Part shown: positions 1 through 13,164 of the stretch, in pieces
Position numbering within the stretch: position 1 is the first letter of the stretch
How the letters are laid out: every line of letters starts with the position of its first letter
Source of the DNA: Negaprion brevirostris
Taxonomy: Eukaryota
Assembly: GCA_030324005.1 (NCBI GenBank)
Contig: JARDVH010000106.1
Span: forward strand, 43,607,112 to 43,671,111
DNA length: 64,000 nt
Direction of reading: 5' to 3'
Made by a program: the position numbers and the translations under genes
The notes under the pieces: model-generated
What the model was told of the DNA's origin: nothing
Databases searched by the model: none
The model's input: the letters and a program-made list of their open reading frames with translations, nothing else

Positions 1-885
1 ATGTGAGGGAATGAGAGGCAGTGGTATGTCATGGGGAAATGGAGGTTGGGTGAGGGTATGGAGGATGAAGGTTGAAATTTAGGGGGCTTTAAAACCATGT
101 TGGAATTTGGACTGTTGTGTTGGAAAGCTGAGGTGGGCCTTCTGAAACCAGTCATCCACACTTCTCACGCAGTCCATCATGGTTTTGCCAAATACACTGT
201 AAACTTGACCAGTCGATGAAAAGGCAAAAATCCCTCAAAGTCACAGATGAATTGGATGTGCATTTCATGAGCTATGATGCATGCAGGTCAGGTTTTCCCA
301 AGCCTAGGTGAAAATTTGGCCCAGAGTTCTTAGTTCTGTCACTTCATGCCTTTCTCAGAAAATTATCTATCTTTGGACAACACCATGCCTTATCAAGTGA
401 TATACTTTTTGCAAAGAAAACTGCTGTAATTAAAGCAAAAGTTGTTATGAATTGGAAATTCCTTGAAGCTGCTCCCTCTCTGCTCTTGTTACTTCACATA
501 TTGTAAATGGAGTAGTCAACACATGTCTGTAATGTAAGCCTTAGTGGAACAGGGGCAGCTTGAAGATGTATCTGATTTATGACTAACTTATTCTCTCAAA
601 ATCTCTGCATAATTCAGTTTTCAGTTTGCTTGACAAAATAAAACATTACTGAAAAGGATTGAAGCAGTCCTGGGTTGAATAAAAAATTATAGCCAAAATA
701 TCTAGTGCTAAACTTAAATTCTCTTTCAGTGCAGAAAGCTGATTATTTGAACAGTCCTCATTTGTCATTTTCATTTAGAATATCTCAAGTATGTAAGAGT
801 GGTGCAACATCAAATTAGAACGGTAAAGCGATACCAAAAATGGTATTTAATAATATTATAGCAAGTATATGAAATTTAAAATGGA

Positions 886-1040
886 GTTGCCATTTTGTTA
901 GTACCTTTCATAACCTTAAGATGTTCCAAAGCAGCTCGTAGCCAATGAAGTAATTTTAAAGTGTAGTCACTGTTATAATGTAGGAGCACAGCAACCAATT
1001 TGCACACAGTGAAGCCTCACGCAGAGCAGTATGATAACGG
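886..1040 (-). mobile_element. Deu-domain SINE fragment (SacSINE1/AmnSINE1-like), 3' part
   Basis: gccaatgaagtaattttaaagtgtagtcactgttataatgtagg...caatttgcacacag is the reverse complement of the Deu-domain/tail consensus as I recall it. Confidence 0.7.
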
Positions 1041-1984
1041 TTTACATGTTGCGGCAGTGTGATATCTAATGGCATCTGCTGTTGGGTAGCTTGGTGCCTG
1101 CACCCTTTAGCTCAAAACATTTTTTGTCCAATTAGTTGCTGTGTGAGCAAGTGCATAGCATTGAGGGAAACATGACTTCTGGGAGTCCCTGTAAGAAGGA
1201 CAAGCAACTGAGTACCTCTTTAACCAAACCAGTTGAAGGATCGAGGAGTCAATTGTACATGGATTAAGGTGAGTGAATCCAACAGCAAGTCAGATATCTT
1301 TTAAAAAAAGGGTTGTTAGTTAGAGGCAGAAATAAAAAGTAAAATCTAAAATTTTTTTTAAAATTTAAATATCCCAACAATTAGTACTGTACCTGAAGGA
1401 ATGTGATCCTGACACTGCTAGTTTTTAGAGCCAAAGGGATTGATTGTCAGTAATTAACAATTAACTAGTTAAGCTTATGTTTGAAATGACAAGACTTGTT
1501 GTAAACTTGTATCCATTGCTCAAATCCAGGAACTTCATGATAGTCAGTTCATCGTAATGGTGAGGGGAAAAAGTGAAAAGCTATTTTCGCAAAGCTAATA
1601 GTGCAGTAGTGCATCTTGCACAGTAACCATTGGATATTCACACTGAACATGTGCATCTATTACTCACCTTGAAGTTGTACAATTTACACAAACAACAGAG
1701 CTCCATTAGGTTCTCAAAGCAAAATCTTAATTAGAAAACAAAGGGTGGAACTTTCCGCAAAAAAATTATGACGTAAACNNNNNNNNNNNNNNNNNNNNNN
1801 NNNNNNNNNNNNNNNNNNNNNNNNNNNNNNNNNNNNNNNNNNNNNNNNNNNNNNNNNNNNNNNNNNNNNNNNNNNNNNNNNNNNNNNNNNNNNNNNNNNN
1901 NNNNNNNNNNNNNNNNNNNNNNNNNNNNNNNNNNNNNNNNNNNNNCCAACCCCCCCCCCCCCCCCCCCCCCCCACCCCCCCACT

Positions 1985-2320
1985 TTCCAGGACCAACTGC
2001 CGCATTCCTTTGGTAGTCCCTCAACAATCTGTACCTTCTGCCACTCACTAATTCCAATCTCTCAATGGATGCTTTTAGAACCGTTCTTAGCCTTTATCAT
2101 CACCACTTACGTTTCCTTTGTCCAAGTACAGATCCCCAACCCAGCCCTCCATAGTATAAATCTTGTCCAATTTTCTTTGCCTTCAGCTCTAATGAAGAGT
2201 CATCCTGACTCGAAGCGTTGGCTCTTTTCTCTTTCCACAGATGCAGTCAGACCTGCCGAGTTTCTCCAGCTTTTTCTGTTTTTGTTTCAGGTTCCAGCAC
2301 CTGTAGTATTTTGCCTTTAT
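1985..2320 (+). mobile_element. Penelope-like pLTR (family A) with decayed minimal hammerhead motif at 2185-2223
   Basis: TATAAA, then AGCT-CTAATGA-A-GAGTC(ATCCT)GACTC-GAAGCGTT-GGCT, then the tail cagatgcagtcagacctgccgag...ccagcacctgtagtattttgc. The tail is shared with copies at 15632, 32300 and 33400. Confidence 0.7.
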
Positions 2321-2551
2321 CAAGAGATATAGAAGTCTTGCACCTGAAGGTAGCTAGAACTGAAGAAAATTAAAATAGTCGTGAAAGGATTGATATAATT
2401 TTGTGGGGTTCCAACAGAAGTACGTAACTCTAAGATCATTGGGGGAAAAAAGAAAGTAAAACTGAGTGCATATCATGTGTTGTTAGAAAAATGTTAAAAG
2501 TTCGGTAAGTCTTTTACATGCTGATCCTTCCATGCCAACACTATATTTAAT

Positions 2552-3107
2552 AAAGCCCACCAAAGCCTCACTTTCTCAGAAGACTAAGAAAATTTGGCAT
2601 GTCAGCTTTGACCATCAACAACTTGTACAGATGCACCATAGAAAGCATTCTTTCTGGTTGTATCACAGCTTGGTATGGCTCCTGCAATGCCCAAGACTGC
2701 AAGGAACTACAAAAAGTCATGAATGTAGCCGAATTCATCATGCAAACCAGCCTCCCATCCATTGAATCTGCCTACGTTTCCTGCTGCCTTGGAAAAGCAG
2801 CCGACACAATTAAGGACCCCACACACCCCNNNNNNNNNNNNNNNNNNNNNNNNNNNNNNNNNNNNNNNNNNNNNNNNNNNNNNNNNNNNNNNNNNNNNNN
2901 NNNNNNNNNNNNNNNNNNNNNNNNNNNNNNNNNNNNNNNNNNNNNNNNNNATTAAATTGATTTTTCTCTACATCCTAGCTATGACTGTAACACTACATTC
3001 TGCACTATCTCGTTTCCTTCTCTATGAACAGTATGCTCTCTGCATAGTGTGCAAGAAACAATACTTTTTACTGTATGTCAATACGTGTGACAATAATAAA
3101 TCAAATT
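2552..3107 (+). mobile_element. Rex1/Babar LINE 3' end (5'-truncated, spans a gap)
   Basis: ORF 2599-2829 reads MSALTINNLYRCTIESILSGCITAWYGSC...KDPTHP, the typical Rex1/Babar RT C-terminus. The 3' UTR ends acaataataaatcaaat. Confidence 0.85.
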
Positions 3108-3489
3108 AGAATAAAGTTTGCTTTTGTTTAAAAATGTGAAATCTTAAGGCATAGTTCTAGTCGATTAAAATTAGCTGCTCAGATTTCTCCTTTAAATTTG
3201 AAAGATCCCAGTTGGATTGTAACAGTGAACTCTCAACTTTTATATTAATAAAGGGCAATTTAAAAACTGATAATGGTAATATAAATGAAAATGAGGAAAT
3301 GTTAAATAGGAACTTCCTCTACAATAAATATTGTTGCAAAGAGGATGGCATGTCAAACATCCAAGGAAACTAATACTGAATCAGGGACACAGCCTCATTT
3401 GAATTAGCAGTCAAATTGACAGTTATAGCATATGAAATACAAAACATCCCTCAATTCCTTTGTCAATAATTCTAAATATTGAAGATTCA

Positions 3490-3760
3490 AATTTCTGAGA
3501 AGAAAATTCTTACTGCAGTCCAAAATGGCTGACCCCTTATCCTAAGCCAAGTTCTGCAGCTGGGGTAAACAGTCTATCAGCATCATGTTTCATTGCACCT
3601 TTGCATTCTTCTAAACTCAAAAGAAACAGGCCCATCTACCTAATCTTTCCCCAAAGAATAGCCCTTTCACCCCAGGAATCAATTCACTGAATTTTCATTG
3701 TAGCCCCTCAGACCTTTTCTTTCCTTAGGTAAAGAGACCAAAACTGCGCACGGTACTCCG
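3490..3760 (-). mobile_element. Decayed CR1 LINE 3' fragment
   Basis: gaccccttatcctaag, ccaggaatcaa and gagaccaaaactgcgcacggtactcc match the CR1 3' region seen at 62364-63005. Confidence 0.65.
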
Positions 3761-3765
3761 TATAT

Positions 3766-3880
3766 GGGGCAGGATTCTCCAGTAGTTGATGCCAGTGGGA
3801 TTTCCTGGTCCTGCTAGCAATGTACCCCTGCCCATATATTCTTGGCACCGTGAGGTTGCTTCAATGGGAAATCCCAAATG
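3766..3880. mobile_element. Partial short Harbinger-type MITE
   Basis: Starts ggggcaggattctcc with internal gtgggatttcctggtcc and tcaatgggaaatccc, resembling the copies at 34239, 44233, 51598 and 53410. Confidence 0.45.
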
Positions 3881-6104
3881 TCAATCTGGATCTTTTTAGA
3901 AGATGATTGAATAATACTGGCAAAATTTATGGGCACCAATTTGCTAAATTGATAGAAAAGAACAAAGGTCAGGACTGAGTTGCTGACTGTATGCTGAATT
4001 GGCGCAGACATTTCACATAAGTAGCTATTCTTATCCAAAGGGAATGCATTTTTGACTCGCACTGTGATGCTGATTGATTCAATAGAAGATGATTAAGAAT
4101 TAACCAAGCCTTATTTCCTTAATTACAAACAATTTGCCATGACCCACTTGCAGTAGAAAAGCTACTGAGAATGCAGACATGATGCTGACGCATTAATGTA
4201 TTAGTATGAACAATAAGAATTCTCAAAGTAATTAACAAGATTTTGGTTTACATTTCTCCAGCCACACCCTAGAAAATGTGTTTAACATGTCAGTTAGACT
4301 GCAGAGGCCCTTTTGAAAGCAAATCTGTAGAGATTCGCTCCTGCGGGAAGAACAGAGCTGCTTTCACCGACTGGTGAGAAGTGGATTCCATCAACCATCT
4401 TACCTCCTGCCAAATATAATCTCTCACTTCTATGCCATCATCAAAGAGCGTTAAAGTCCGTTTGCCAGCACTTTGCCAAATCCACTTAACAGCTGAGTTA
4501 AAGTTTGCTTGTTAAAATTTTAATTAAAACCTGTACATACTAACCGAAGTGTGAATGCATTTTGTGACATTTAAAAATGTGATTTTAGCTATTGCTTCTA
4601 ATAGTATTAGGAAATGAATTACATAATGCTTCTAAAGTTATTTAGTAGCAAGAAAAGGAGCAGCTTAAATTAAGTGGACGAATAACACCTTGCTATTTGC
4701 CACCAAAATTTCCTTTTTCATCACTAGTCTATTTAGAGCAGTGGGAAATAAAGTCAAACTTCATGTCGGTGGACAAAGACTTTTGGAACAAAACCTTCAC
4801 AGAAATGTTTATTCTTTAAATTCTGGTCAGGCCCAAGGATGGGGAGCGATCAACGCCTAGCAATAACTTATTTCCTTGGATTTCCCCACACTTCCCTATA
4901 GGCCTCCTTCTGCCTATGCCTCATTCCATTGGAGTTTGTACCAGGATGGGTGATCCTGGTCAAATGTGAAGAATTTTCAAACATGCTGGTTTAAGACTTC
5001 AGCGAAACGTGCAGCCAACAGCTTGTGTGATTCTTATTGTGGCATACTGAGGGGTGAGTCTAACTGCTCAGATCAGTAAATAATGTGAAATGTGGTCATA
5101 TCCTACTGCTTATCAATCTCGGCATGAGTGTAGAAACTGCCCAACAGGATACAACTATCAATTAATTGACAAGTGTATCCAAGGTCAGGTGAAGTTCCTT
5201 ATTTTAAATTTTCATGGCAGTGCCCAAATGAGCATATCTTGCACGCCAACCTTGTAAATGGGTCGATTCCTCAAAGATGTCAGCCTTATCTTTGCTGGGG
5301 AGAAGTCCAAAACAAGCCAGGGCTGGACTCCAGATGGGCTCCACTTCTGATAAGAAAACCTATCTCTTTTCATTCAGAAGATCAGCTACCTGGTGAACCC
5401 TGTGACATGGGAGACCATTTTTGTTTTTGGTAACATCAAATAGAAACACTCTGATACCAAAGTATATCTGGACTCCAGCCTGATTCACATGCATCTGTAT
5501 TTTGCCTAACTTGGAACCAGAGACACTTGGCTGTTCAGGGCCAACATAAATAGGTAAGTATGTTAGACTAGTTTTCTTTTGAAATTTGACATACTCATCC
5601 AGAAATGCCTGGAAAACAGGAGTCGTGCTGCACATACTCCCTTGAGGATGGCCAGAACATCCAATTGTATGACTTCAGTGTAAGCAAATTGGGCATAAGA
5701 TCATTGGAGTTAGAAACAGATCATGCATCGCTTCTGCACTCGTTTGCTGCTGTAAACAAGATATTAGTTTACTAGAGTTTTGTGAGAAATAATTTTTAGA
5801 TCTCCATATTGTTGTGAGACTGGAGTAAGACTAATGCCTTTTGGCACTGGAATGAGTTTCTACCAGTTCTATTTTATTAGAGGAAAGAAATGGCTGATCA
5901 ACAATAGCCCCATTCCAAGACCTGATGCAAAGGGAAGCAATATATTCAAATCAATTAGCATTTCTACTATGCCTAATAAAACAACTGAAGAACTGGCATC
6001 GAATCAGACACAAATTAATGTCTGTCTTTGTTAAATTTACCATTTGTCATGTGGATTCAAGTAAAACATACTCATGTTACTGCAAACATCAAAAGAGTAC
6101 ATAA

Positions 6105-6560
6105 GGGCAGAATTTTCCCAGATATTGGCAAAGGCTGGTAGCAGGTGGGAAAAGCACCGTTGAAGCCACTGGCAGCATTAGCAACTTTTATCTAGTGTGA
6201 TGCAGGTAGGGCAAGCTNNNNNNNNNNNNNNNNNNNNNNNNNNNNNNNNNNNCTCCCTCAAAGATCCGAGCACCACTTTTAAAGGCTGCCCCTGCACGTG
6301 CGTTTACCAGGAACAGCTGCCATGCACCTTCCCACCTGCCAGTGCCAAGGGCAGTGCCTGGACAGTGCCCAAGCATGGTGGTCTTCTCGATGCACTCACC
6401 TGAGCTCCTCTGTGAGGTCTACTCACTGGGAAAATGTGCTATCTTACTGACCGAAGGAGGGGGAAATCACCCAAATGTTCACATTGGCTTGAAATGTGAT
6501 TTGGATTTTTGAGATTTTTTACTCCTGCCAAACTCACCTGACAACAACAGGACTAGAAAA
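6105..6560. mobile_element. Decayed Harbinger-type non-autonomous element
   Basis: Starts gggcagaattttccca, has a GC-rich core with repeated cagtgcc, and ends actagaaaatc. Confidence 0.4.
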
Positions 6561-6649
6561 TCAAAATGTGTAATAGAAATTCAGCACAGCGAATGGTCAC
6601 TGGTTTAGGGAAACTTGGAGTATTATCAAATGATGATTAAAAGTGAAAA

Positions 6650-6925
6650 GATAAAGGTAATTATTGTCAGAAGAGAACTTAATGGAATAAAAGCTGACAA
6701 ATCCCAAGGGCCTGATGGCCTACATTCTAGGGCTTAAAGAGGTGGCTGCAGATATAGTAGATGCACCAGTTATGGGTTTTCCAAAATTTGCTCGACTCAA
6801 CAACAGTCCCAGCAGGTTGGAAGCTACCAAACATAACACCTTTGCTCAAGAAAGGAGGGAGAGAGAAAACGGTGAACTTCAAGCAAGTTAGCTTGACATA
6901 AGTCATAAGGAAAATGCTGGAAGCT
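6650..6925 (+). mobile_element. CR1 ORF2 internal fragment
   Basis: Frameshifted translation: KADKSQGPDGLHSR...EVAADIVDA...VPAGWKLPNITPLLKKGGREKTVNFKQVSLT. Confidence 0.8.
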
Positions 6926-7029
6926 GAAACTGGTACACTTCACAAGCATTTCACCCTCCTATATATAGAAGTGTTGACTCTGAAGGAACAGCATGAATAG
7001 GTAAGAACTGGGGAATAGTGCATAAATCA

Positions 7030-9535
7030 CACACAAATCCCAAAAGCTTACTACATTCTGCACCCTTTTTGGACAATCTATTAGTTAGCCAGGATATCTT
7101 TCAATCTCACACAGATGACATTGATGCATTTATATTATAAATACAGCTACCGATTGCTGTTGTGGGAAGAATGAAGCATGACCATGATATGCACTTGTTG
7201 ATGTGGCAAATAAAGAAGGATTGATGTTCAACATTCTGAAATGTAACACAACTGTGATTTTCAAAAATGTCCAGTTCTTTCTCATTTCTTGTTTCCCAAT
7301 TGTACTCAAAAATCTTCCATCACTGAGGGTATTGTTGAGAAATGATGTGCTTTCTGATGGCACCGAAGACTACCACTACCTCTTTGAAGCACTAAAACAG
7401 TCATTATCAAAAGCATCAACATTGTCTTCCTAGATTGTAAAATGACAATCACCCTGGAGATAAATGCCTCATAGGATGCAAGTATGCATACTACAAAAAG
7501 GCAAACTTATTGCATTTGCCTCAGAATCTAACACAATCCAACCACAGCATTCAGCAGGAAACATTAGCTTTAGCGTTTTGAATCATGCATTTTCATACCT
7601 TTCTATTTGGTAATAGATCTGAGGTAGAGACCAACCACAAGCCACTAGACATCATTCGACAAAAAACAATTGCCGAGTGCACCACCAAGATTGCAATGTC
7701 TCTTGATCGGGGTTTAAGTTTTGACTGAGATTAGGTACAAGCCAGGTAACTTGAGCATCACGTTGGATGCTCTCAACAGATTGCTTAACCCAGTGAAGAC
7801 AGAAGATGTATCCTGAGAACTACAAGTTAACTTCTTTGACATTGGGTTTGAAAATGTTCTGCAAATTAATCTGTTTTTACAACAGAGATGCCAGCAGCTA
7901 CAAGAAAAAATGGCAAATGATTCTACACAACAGAAATTGGAAAACCATCATCAAAGGATGGTCTTATCCAGCATGCCCATGAACATGGGAGACTATTTGG
8001 CCTTATTGTGATAAGCTGGACATCTCTTAGGAAGTCAATTTTTTTACTGGAATCTTTGCAGCCTGATGTTCTTCAGTAACTTCATCACTCTTACATGGGC
8101 TTAGATCAGACAAGAAGACTCCCAAAATTCTGTTGGCTGGATATAAACAAAGATATTCAAGTTGCCATTCAGAAGTGCAAGGCATGTCGAGAACATGTAC
8201 CCAGTCAGAACAAAGCATCACTAATTCCATAGTAATTTTTTTACCCATCCTTGGTCAAAAGTCACATCCAACCTTTCATGTCCATGTCACTGACTTCATT
8301 GTTGACTAATTTACCAAGTGCCCCATCGTTTGATGATTGCATAATACGTCAAGCAAAACTGTCATGCACACTCCCAAGTACTATTTTCCATTTATTTAGT
8401 GTGCTTAGAGAGATCCATATGGGTATTGGCTGGCAATTTATTGGTAAGCCACTTCATGATATGAGAGAAGTGGAATGTTACATTACCTCTTCTCATCGCC
8501 CAGACCTAGCTGAAAGAATAATTCCCATGTGAAATCCCCAATCTCAAATGTAGATAGACCAAGCAAGATTTAGATATTACAATCAGCGTGATACCTTCAA
8601 ATGCAACTATTCCATCACCAGCAGAGATTGTTTAGCAGACCTGCAGGTATTCATTTACCTATAGTACCTGGTTATTTCAATTCACAAAAAAAACTTGTCA
8701 GGGAAAACTTGGTTTCAGCCCAGACTGGCAGTTCGACTGTTTTGGAAGGGTTTTTTTGTTGTTTTTCATCATTGTTGTTTGTTTTAGAGTAGAACTAACA
8801 TTGGGGAAAAAATAGTTTGGCAAATTCCTTTTGTGATTCCCGAACAAGTGACCAGTTGCACAGAAAGCAATCAATTGTTGCATAATTGAACTTGACCAAT
8901 GTACATGATCAAAATGCAGGTGCATAATTGCCAAGCATACCATATGGGACAACATATTCATATCAGGACCCCACAGAAGACAAGTGAGAGCCAGTCGCAG
9001 TGACAAAGTTTTGCTCAAAACAGAGGTCCATTGAAGTCATGACACACACAGGCACAACGGTGATGTGTAACCAAGTACAAATTGGATCCATTCCAGATCC
9101 TCAACCACCATACAGTACTATTGTTTGCATTTGGGATCTTGTCCTACAATCAAACAATATTCAATAATGAAAATCCCACTGATCACTGAGCAATTGAAGA
9201 AACATCAAGGTAGGTTTACCATGTCAAGATCTTAGCAGGTTACTTTTACACTTTAGAGGCTCCCATTGTTTCATCAGTTGTGCACTAATAAATTAAAGAT
9301 GTATTGTAAATAATTATTTGGAACAGGGAATGCCTCTTTAAAAAGAAAGAGGGATGCCTCTATCGGGATACCAGCATGAAAATGGAAATGTCATCTGATC
9401 CAGCAAAAGTGAAACAACAGCTCAGTGTTTTAGGCTTTACAGCAACGTAAGACTGGGTGAATTTATTATAACCAGGTCAAAGAGAACAATGTATTTACTG
9501 AGTCCTTGAGTGATTGGTGCCTTGTGTATGACACA
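7030..9535 (+). mobile_element. Decayed Ty3/Gypsy LTR retrotransposon (RT, RNase H, integrase remnants, PPT and putative 3' LTR)
   Basis: Broken-frame motifs: RT (LLVSQDIFQ, ANKEGLMFN..KC), RNase H (LIAFASES, FHTFLFG...ETNHKPL), integrase zinc finger (HHSYMG...KCKACREH) and core (HPWSKV, YITSSH, LAER). A purine tract aaaaagaaagaggga at 9340-9354 precedes TG; the candidate LTR is 9355-9535 (TG...CA). Confidence 0.8.
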
Positions 9536-11099
9536 GCAAATAAACTCAGGACTTGAATCATGACAGGTTTTGGTCATTCGTTTTTATTAAATATGTTACA
9601 TACATCTGCCAATCTCTGCCTGTTATCAGCCACAAGGGTGGGACGGTCTAGGTCAAAAAAAAATGTTTCAAGGCCCGTATCAGTGGAGATTATAGTCAGC
9701 TTATATAAATTGCATATCTTTGATTTTAGCTTTCCTGCATCTTTCTTCCAACAAAGGTCTGATGTGGTAAAGTGGCATCCTCTATTCAGTGGTCTATCTG
9801 AGAACGGTTGAAACTCAGCCTATAATAAAATAGAATGATTCCCCAGATTAAGAAGTTGCTTTTGGAATCAAACTCGATGTGATTATTTAGCTGTGTTTCC
9901 ATTATAAATATTCTCCTTGCTGATTGTGATGCAAATATTGAAAGCTTTGCTTTGCACAAGTGCAAAATATCAACATAGATTTAAGGTTAATGCAGTCCTT
10001 GAGACATTGCACAAATCTGTTTATACTCTTTATGAAAATGATGATTAAGCTAACTCGGAGCTACAGGATAACAGCAAGATCCCAGATGCATTTGATGTTC
10101 TCTTGCTCACATTTCAAGAAACCTTCTTGGCTCTAACTGCTTCCTGAAGTATTCCCCAGTGTTCTTTTACAGATTGAGCCACCAATTCAGAGCATGTCAA
10201 ATATATGAAATCATTTAAGAAGAACCGAGTAGTGCAGTGAAGGCAAGAGTTTTTTTATATTGTGGAGGCAGCGATTTTTTTTTTTTTTTTTTTGAAGCTT
10301 TAGAATATTTCTCTTGTGTTGCTGTCTGATGCTTTAACTCCAAAGGCTCCAGTTACAACAAATGCTTTTTAGGTTATTCATCATGGTGGAGGTCAAGAAC
10401 CTCTTCACTATTATTCTGGAGATGTGTGTGAACCTCAGTGGAGGCATACATACATATTCATATCAGCTGAGAAGGGCTGAAATTACCAGATGGTTGTCAT
10501 AATAAATATACAGATGAAGATCCAAGAAATGAGCCTTATTACTAGTATAAGTAAACTGAATATTAGAATAGCTGCAGGGCAGGAATTCTAAGTGCTAAAT
10601 CTGGCATATAAGATGAAGCATCAAAACTGCTACATTGGCATTTTGACCCAAAGTGCTGATGTTCCTGGAGACACAATCTTGAAATATTTTGAATTGTTCC
10701 TTAGGCAAAATATCATTTACCTGTGTATTGTTGTGTGACATAGATATATATTCTGATGTGCTGAAAATGAAAGCACATTTTTGTTTTAAAATCAGAATTA
10801 GGTCTGTACTTTTGTTACTTTTTCCAATTAAATGTAACGTTACACAGTTCCCTCAAACTGCCAGAAAAATTCTCCCATTTGTTGAATTATTTCAACTATT
10901 CATTTAAATATTTTACAAAACAAGTATTTTATTGTAGTGTATTCAGATGAAATAGAAGGGGCTAGGGATTAAATGTGAGAAGTTTATGGTATATGAAAGT
11001 AGAGACAAGGGGTGTGGAACATGGAGATTAAAGTGACCTGGCCACTTCAGAATTTGCACAGCTGATAGGCAGGAATGCAGAAATTGATTACAGGGTTGC

Positions 11100-11540
11100 A
11101 TGAAATCACCATGCCGGATTTGATCTTCAATTCTGCCAGGAAGAATGATAAAGTCAGCCCCTGAGCCCACCCAATCATCAGAGCCACTTCCTCTGCAGCC
11201 TGGCAGCAACAAAAGGGCAGGTGGCCACTGGACCAAACTCCTTGAGCCCCCTTGGGGCCAGAGACACCAGGCTAGTGTCAGTGCCATGGGGAGTGCACTG
11301 TGGGCACTGCCAGGGCACATGGCCTGAAAAGGGGCTGAATAGGAGGTCTGAGGGGGAAGGAGGGGCTCAGAGGGCTCAGGTCAGGTCACACTCATGCCTA
11401 CATGATGTGGGTGAGAGGTTGATCCATTATTTGAGTGGGGGCGAGGATGCCCTCTTTGAGGGGTGAGTGGTGCTCCCCTGATCAGTGGAGGGGGTCTGGG
11501 ACACGATTTCATTTTTTTGGGGGGACGGGGATTGTTCACN
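11100..11540. mobile_element. GC-rich decayed non-autonomous DNA element (Harbinger-type, tentative)
   Basis: GC-rich block with gggcactgccagggca motifs similar to 6340-6375; it runs into a gap. Confidence 0.3.
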
Positions 11541-11813
11541 NNNNNNNNNNNNNNNNNNNNNNNNNNNNNNNNNNNNNNNNNNNNNNNNNNNNNNNNNNNN
11601 NNNNNNNNNNNNNNNNNNNNNNNNNNNNNNNNNNNNNNNNNNNNNNNNNNNNNNNNNNNNNNNNNNNNNNNNNNNNNNNNNNNNNNNNNNNNNNNNNNNN
11701 NNNNNNNNNNNNNNNNNNNNNNNNNNNNNNNNNNNNNNNNNNNNNNNNNNNNNNNNNNNNNNNNNNNNNNNNNNNNNNNNNNNNNNNNNNNNNNNNNNNN
11801 NNNNNNNNNNNNN

Positions 11814-12420
11814 GGTTAAGTTGCAGATGCAACAATTAAAAAAGTTAACAATGTTGTAATGTATTGCTAAGGGAATTGAATGCAAGAGTAGGGAGGTTAT
11901 GCTTCAGTTATACAGGGTACTGGTGAGGTCACAAAAGAAGTATTGTGCACAATATTGGTATCCTTACTTAAGGAAATGTGTAAATATATAGGAAGCCGTT
12001 CAGAGAAGGTTTACTAGATTAATACCTGGAATGGACGGGTTAAAAGAGTAAGAGGCAACTTCACAAACAAGGTTGTGATGGGACTCAACAGTGTGGTAGT
12101 GGAAGAGATGTTTTATCTGTGGGAGAATCTAGAACCAGGAGTCACTGTTTCAAAAATAAGCAGTCGCTTATTTAAAACAGCAATGAGGTAAAAGAAAATC
12201 TGAGGGTTAAGAGACTTTGGAATTCTCTTCCTCTAAAGATGGTTGAGACACAGTCTTTGAGTATGTTTAAAGCAGAGCTAGATAGATTCTTGATAAGCAA
12301 GGAGGTGAAAGGTTACCAGGCATAGGCAGGAATGTGGGTTAAGGTTAAAATTAGATCAGCCATGGCAGAGTAGTTCAAGTGGTCTACTGATTCTCCTAAA
12401 TTGTATGTTTGTATGAAGTA
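11814..12420 (+). mobile_element. CR1 LINE 3' end
   Basis: IAKGIECKSREVMLQLYRVLVR...QYWYPYLRK, then agatcagccatg and a (tgtatgtt)n tail. Confidence 0.85.
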
Positions 12421-12545
12421 TGCTCACAGTTGAGCCACTGGTTCTTGGGTAACAGTTGTGCATTTACTCAGTTCTATGTAATTGCATATCAGTTAGTGCT
12501 AGTCCAGTTTCTCTGGAATCAGCTCTGTAGGGGGTTCAACTAGTC

Positions 12546-12877
12546 TTTTTTTTAAATTAATTCGTGGGACATCGGTGTCGTTGGCTGCACCAGCATTTAT
12601 TGCCCATCTATAGTTAACTTGGGAGGGCAATTGAGAGTCAACCACATTGCTGTGGCTCTGGAGTCACGTAGGCCAGACCAGGTAAGGACATTAGTGAATC
12701 AGGTGGGCTTTTCTGACAATCGACAATGGTCTCATGGTCATCGGTAGATTCTTAATTCCTGATTTTTTTTTTTTTGTTGAATTTGCCGTGGTGGGATTTG
12801 AACCGTAGTCCCCAGACCAGTAGCTGAGTTCCTGGATTTACAGTCTGGTGATAATACCATTAGGTCATCACCTCCCC
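12546..12877 (-). mobile_element. tRNA-derived SINE, second family
   Basis: Full-length reverse-complement similarity to 14672-15043, including a B-box-like ggttcaaatccc and an A-rich tail. Confidence 0.8.
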
Positions 12878-13164
12878 TACTACAAAGGAAACCGACAGCC
12901 AATTGCAGTAGGCTCTTAGCTTTTTCAGGGAATTTCCTATTTACCTTAAGGGTATAACCTCAGCCTGCCCACTGCTATCAAAAGGTCAGAGCCAGGGTGG
13001 AATGTACACTCAAGTTCCTGTTCCTGCTTAATCAGTATCTGATATGTCCAGTCAGATGTCAGCATGATGGATGGAGGCCCATCTGTGGGTTTTAGAAAAT
13101 GACCTTGAGTACCCAAGCACTCTTGTTTAATTTTATATTTTAAGGATCAGACTAGAAACTACAA

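Noticed and set aside
1946-1983. Poly-C run
   Set aside because: It abuts a gap and its length is unreliable; it is probably a low-complexity part of the adjacent repeat.
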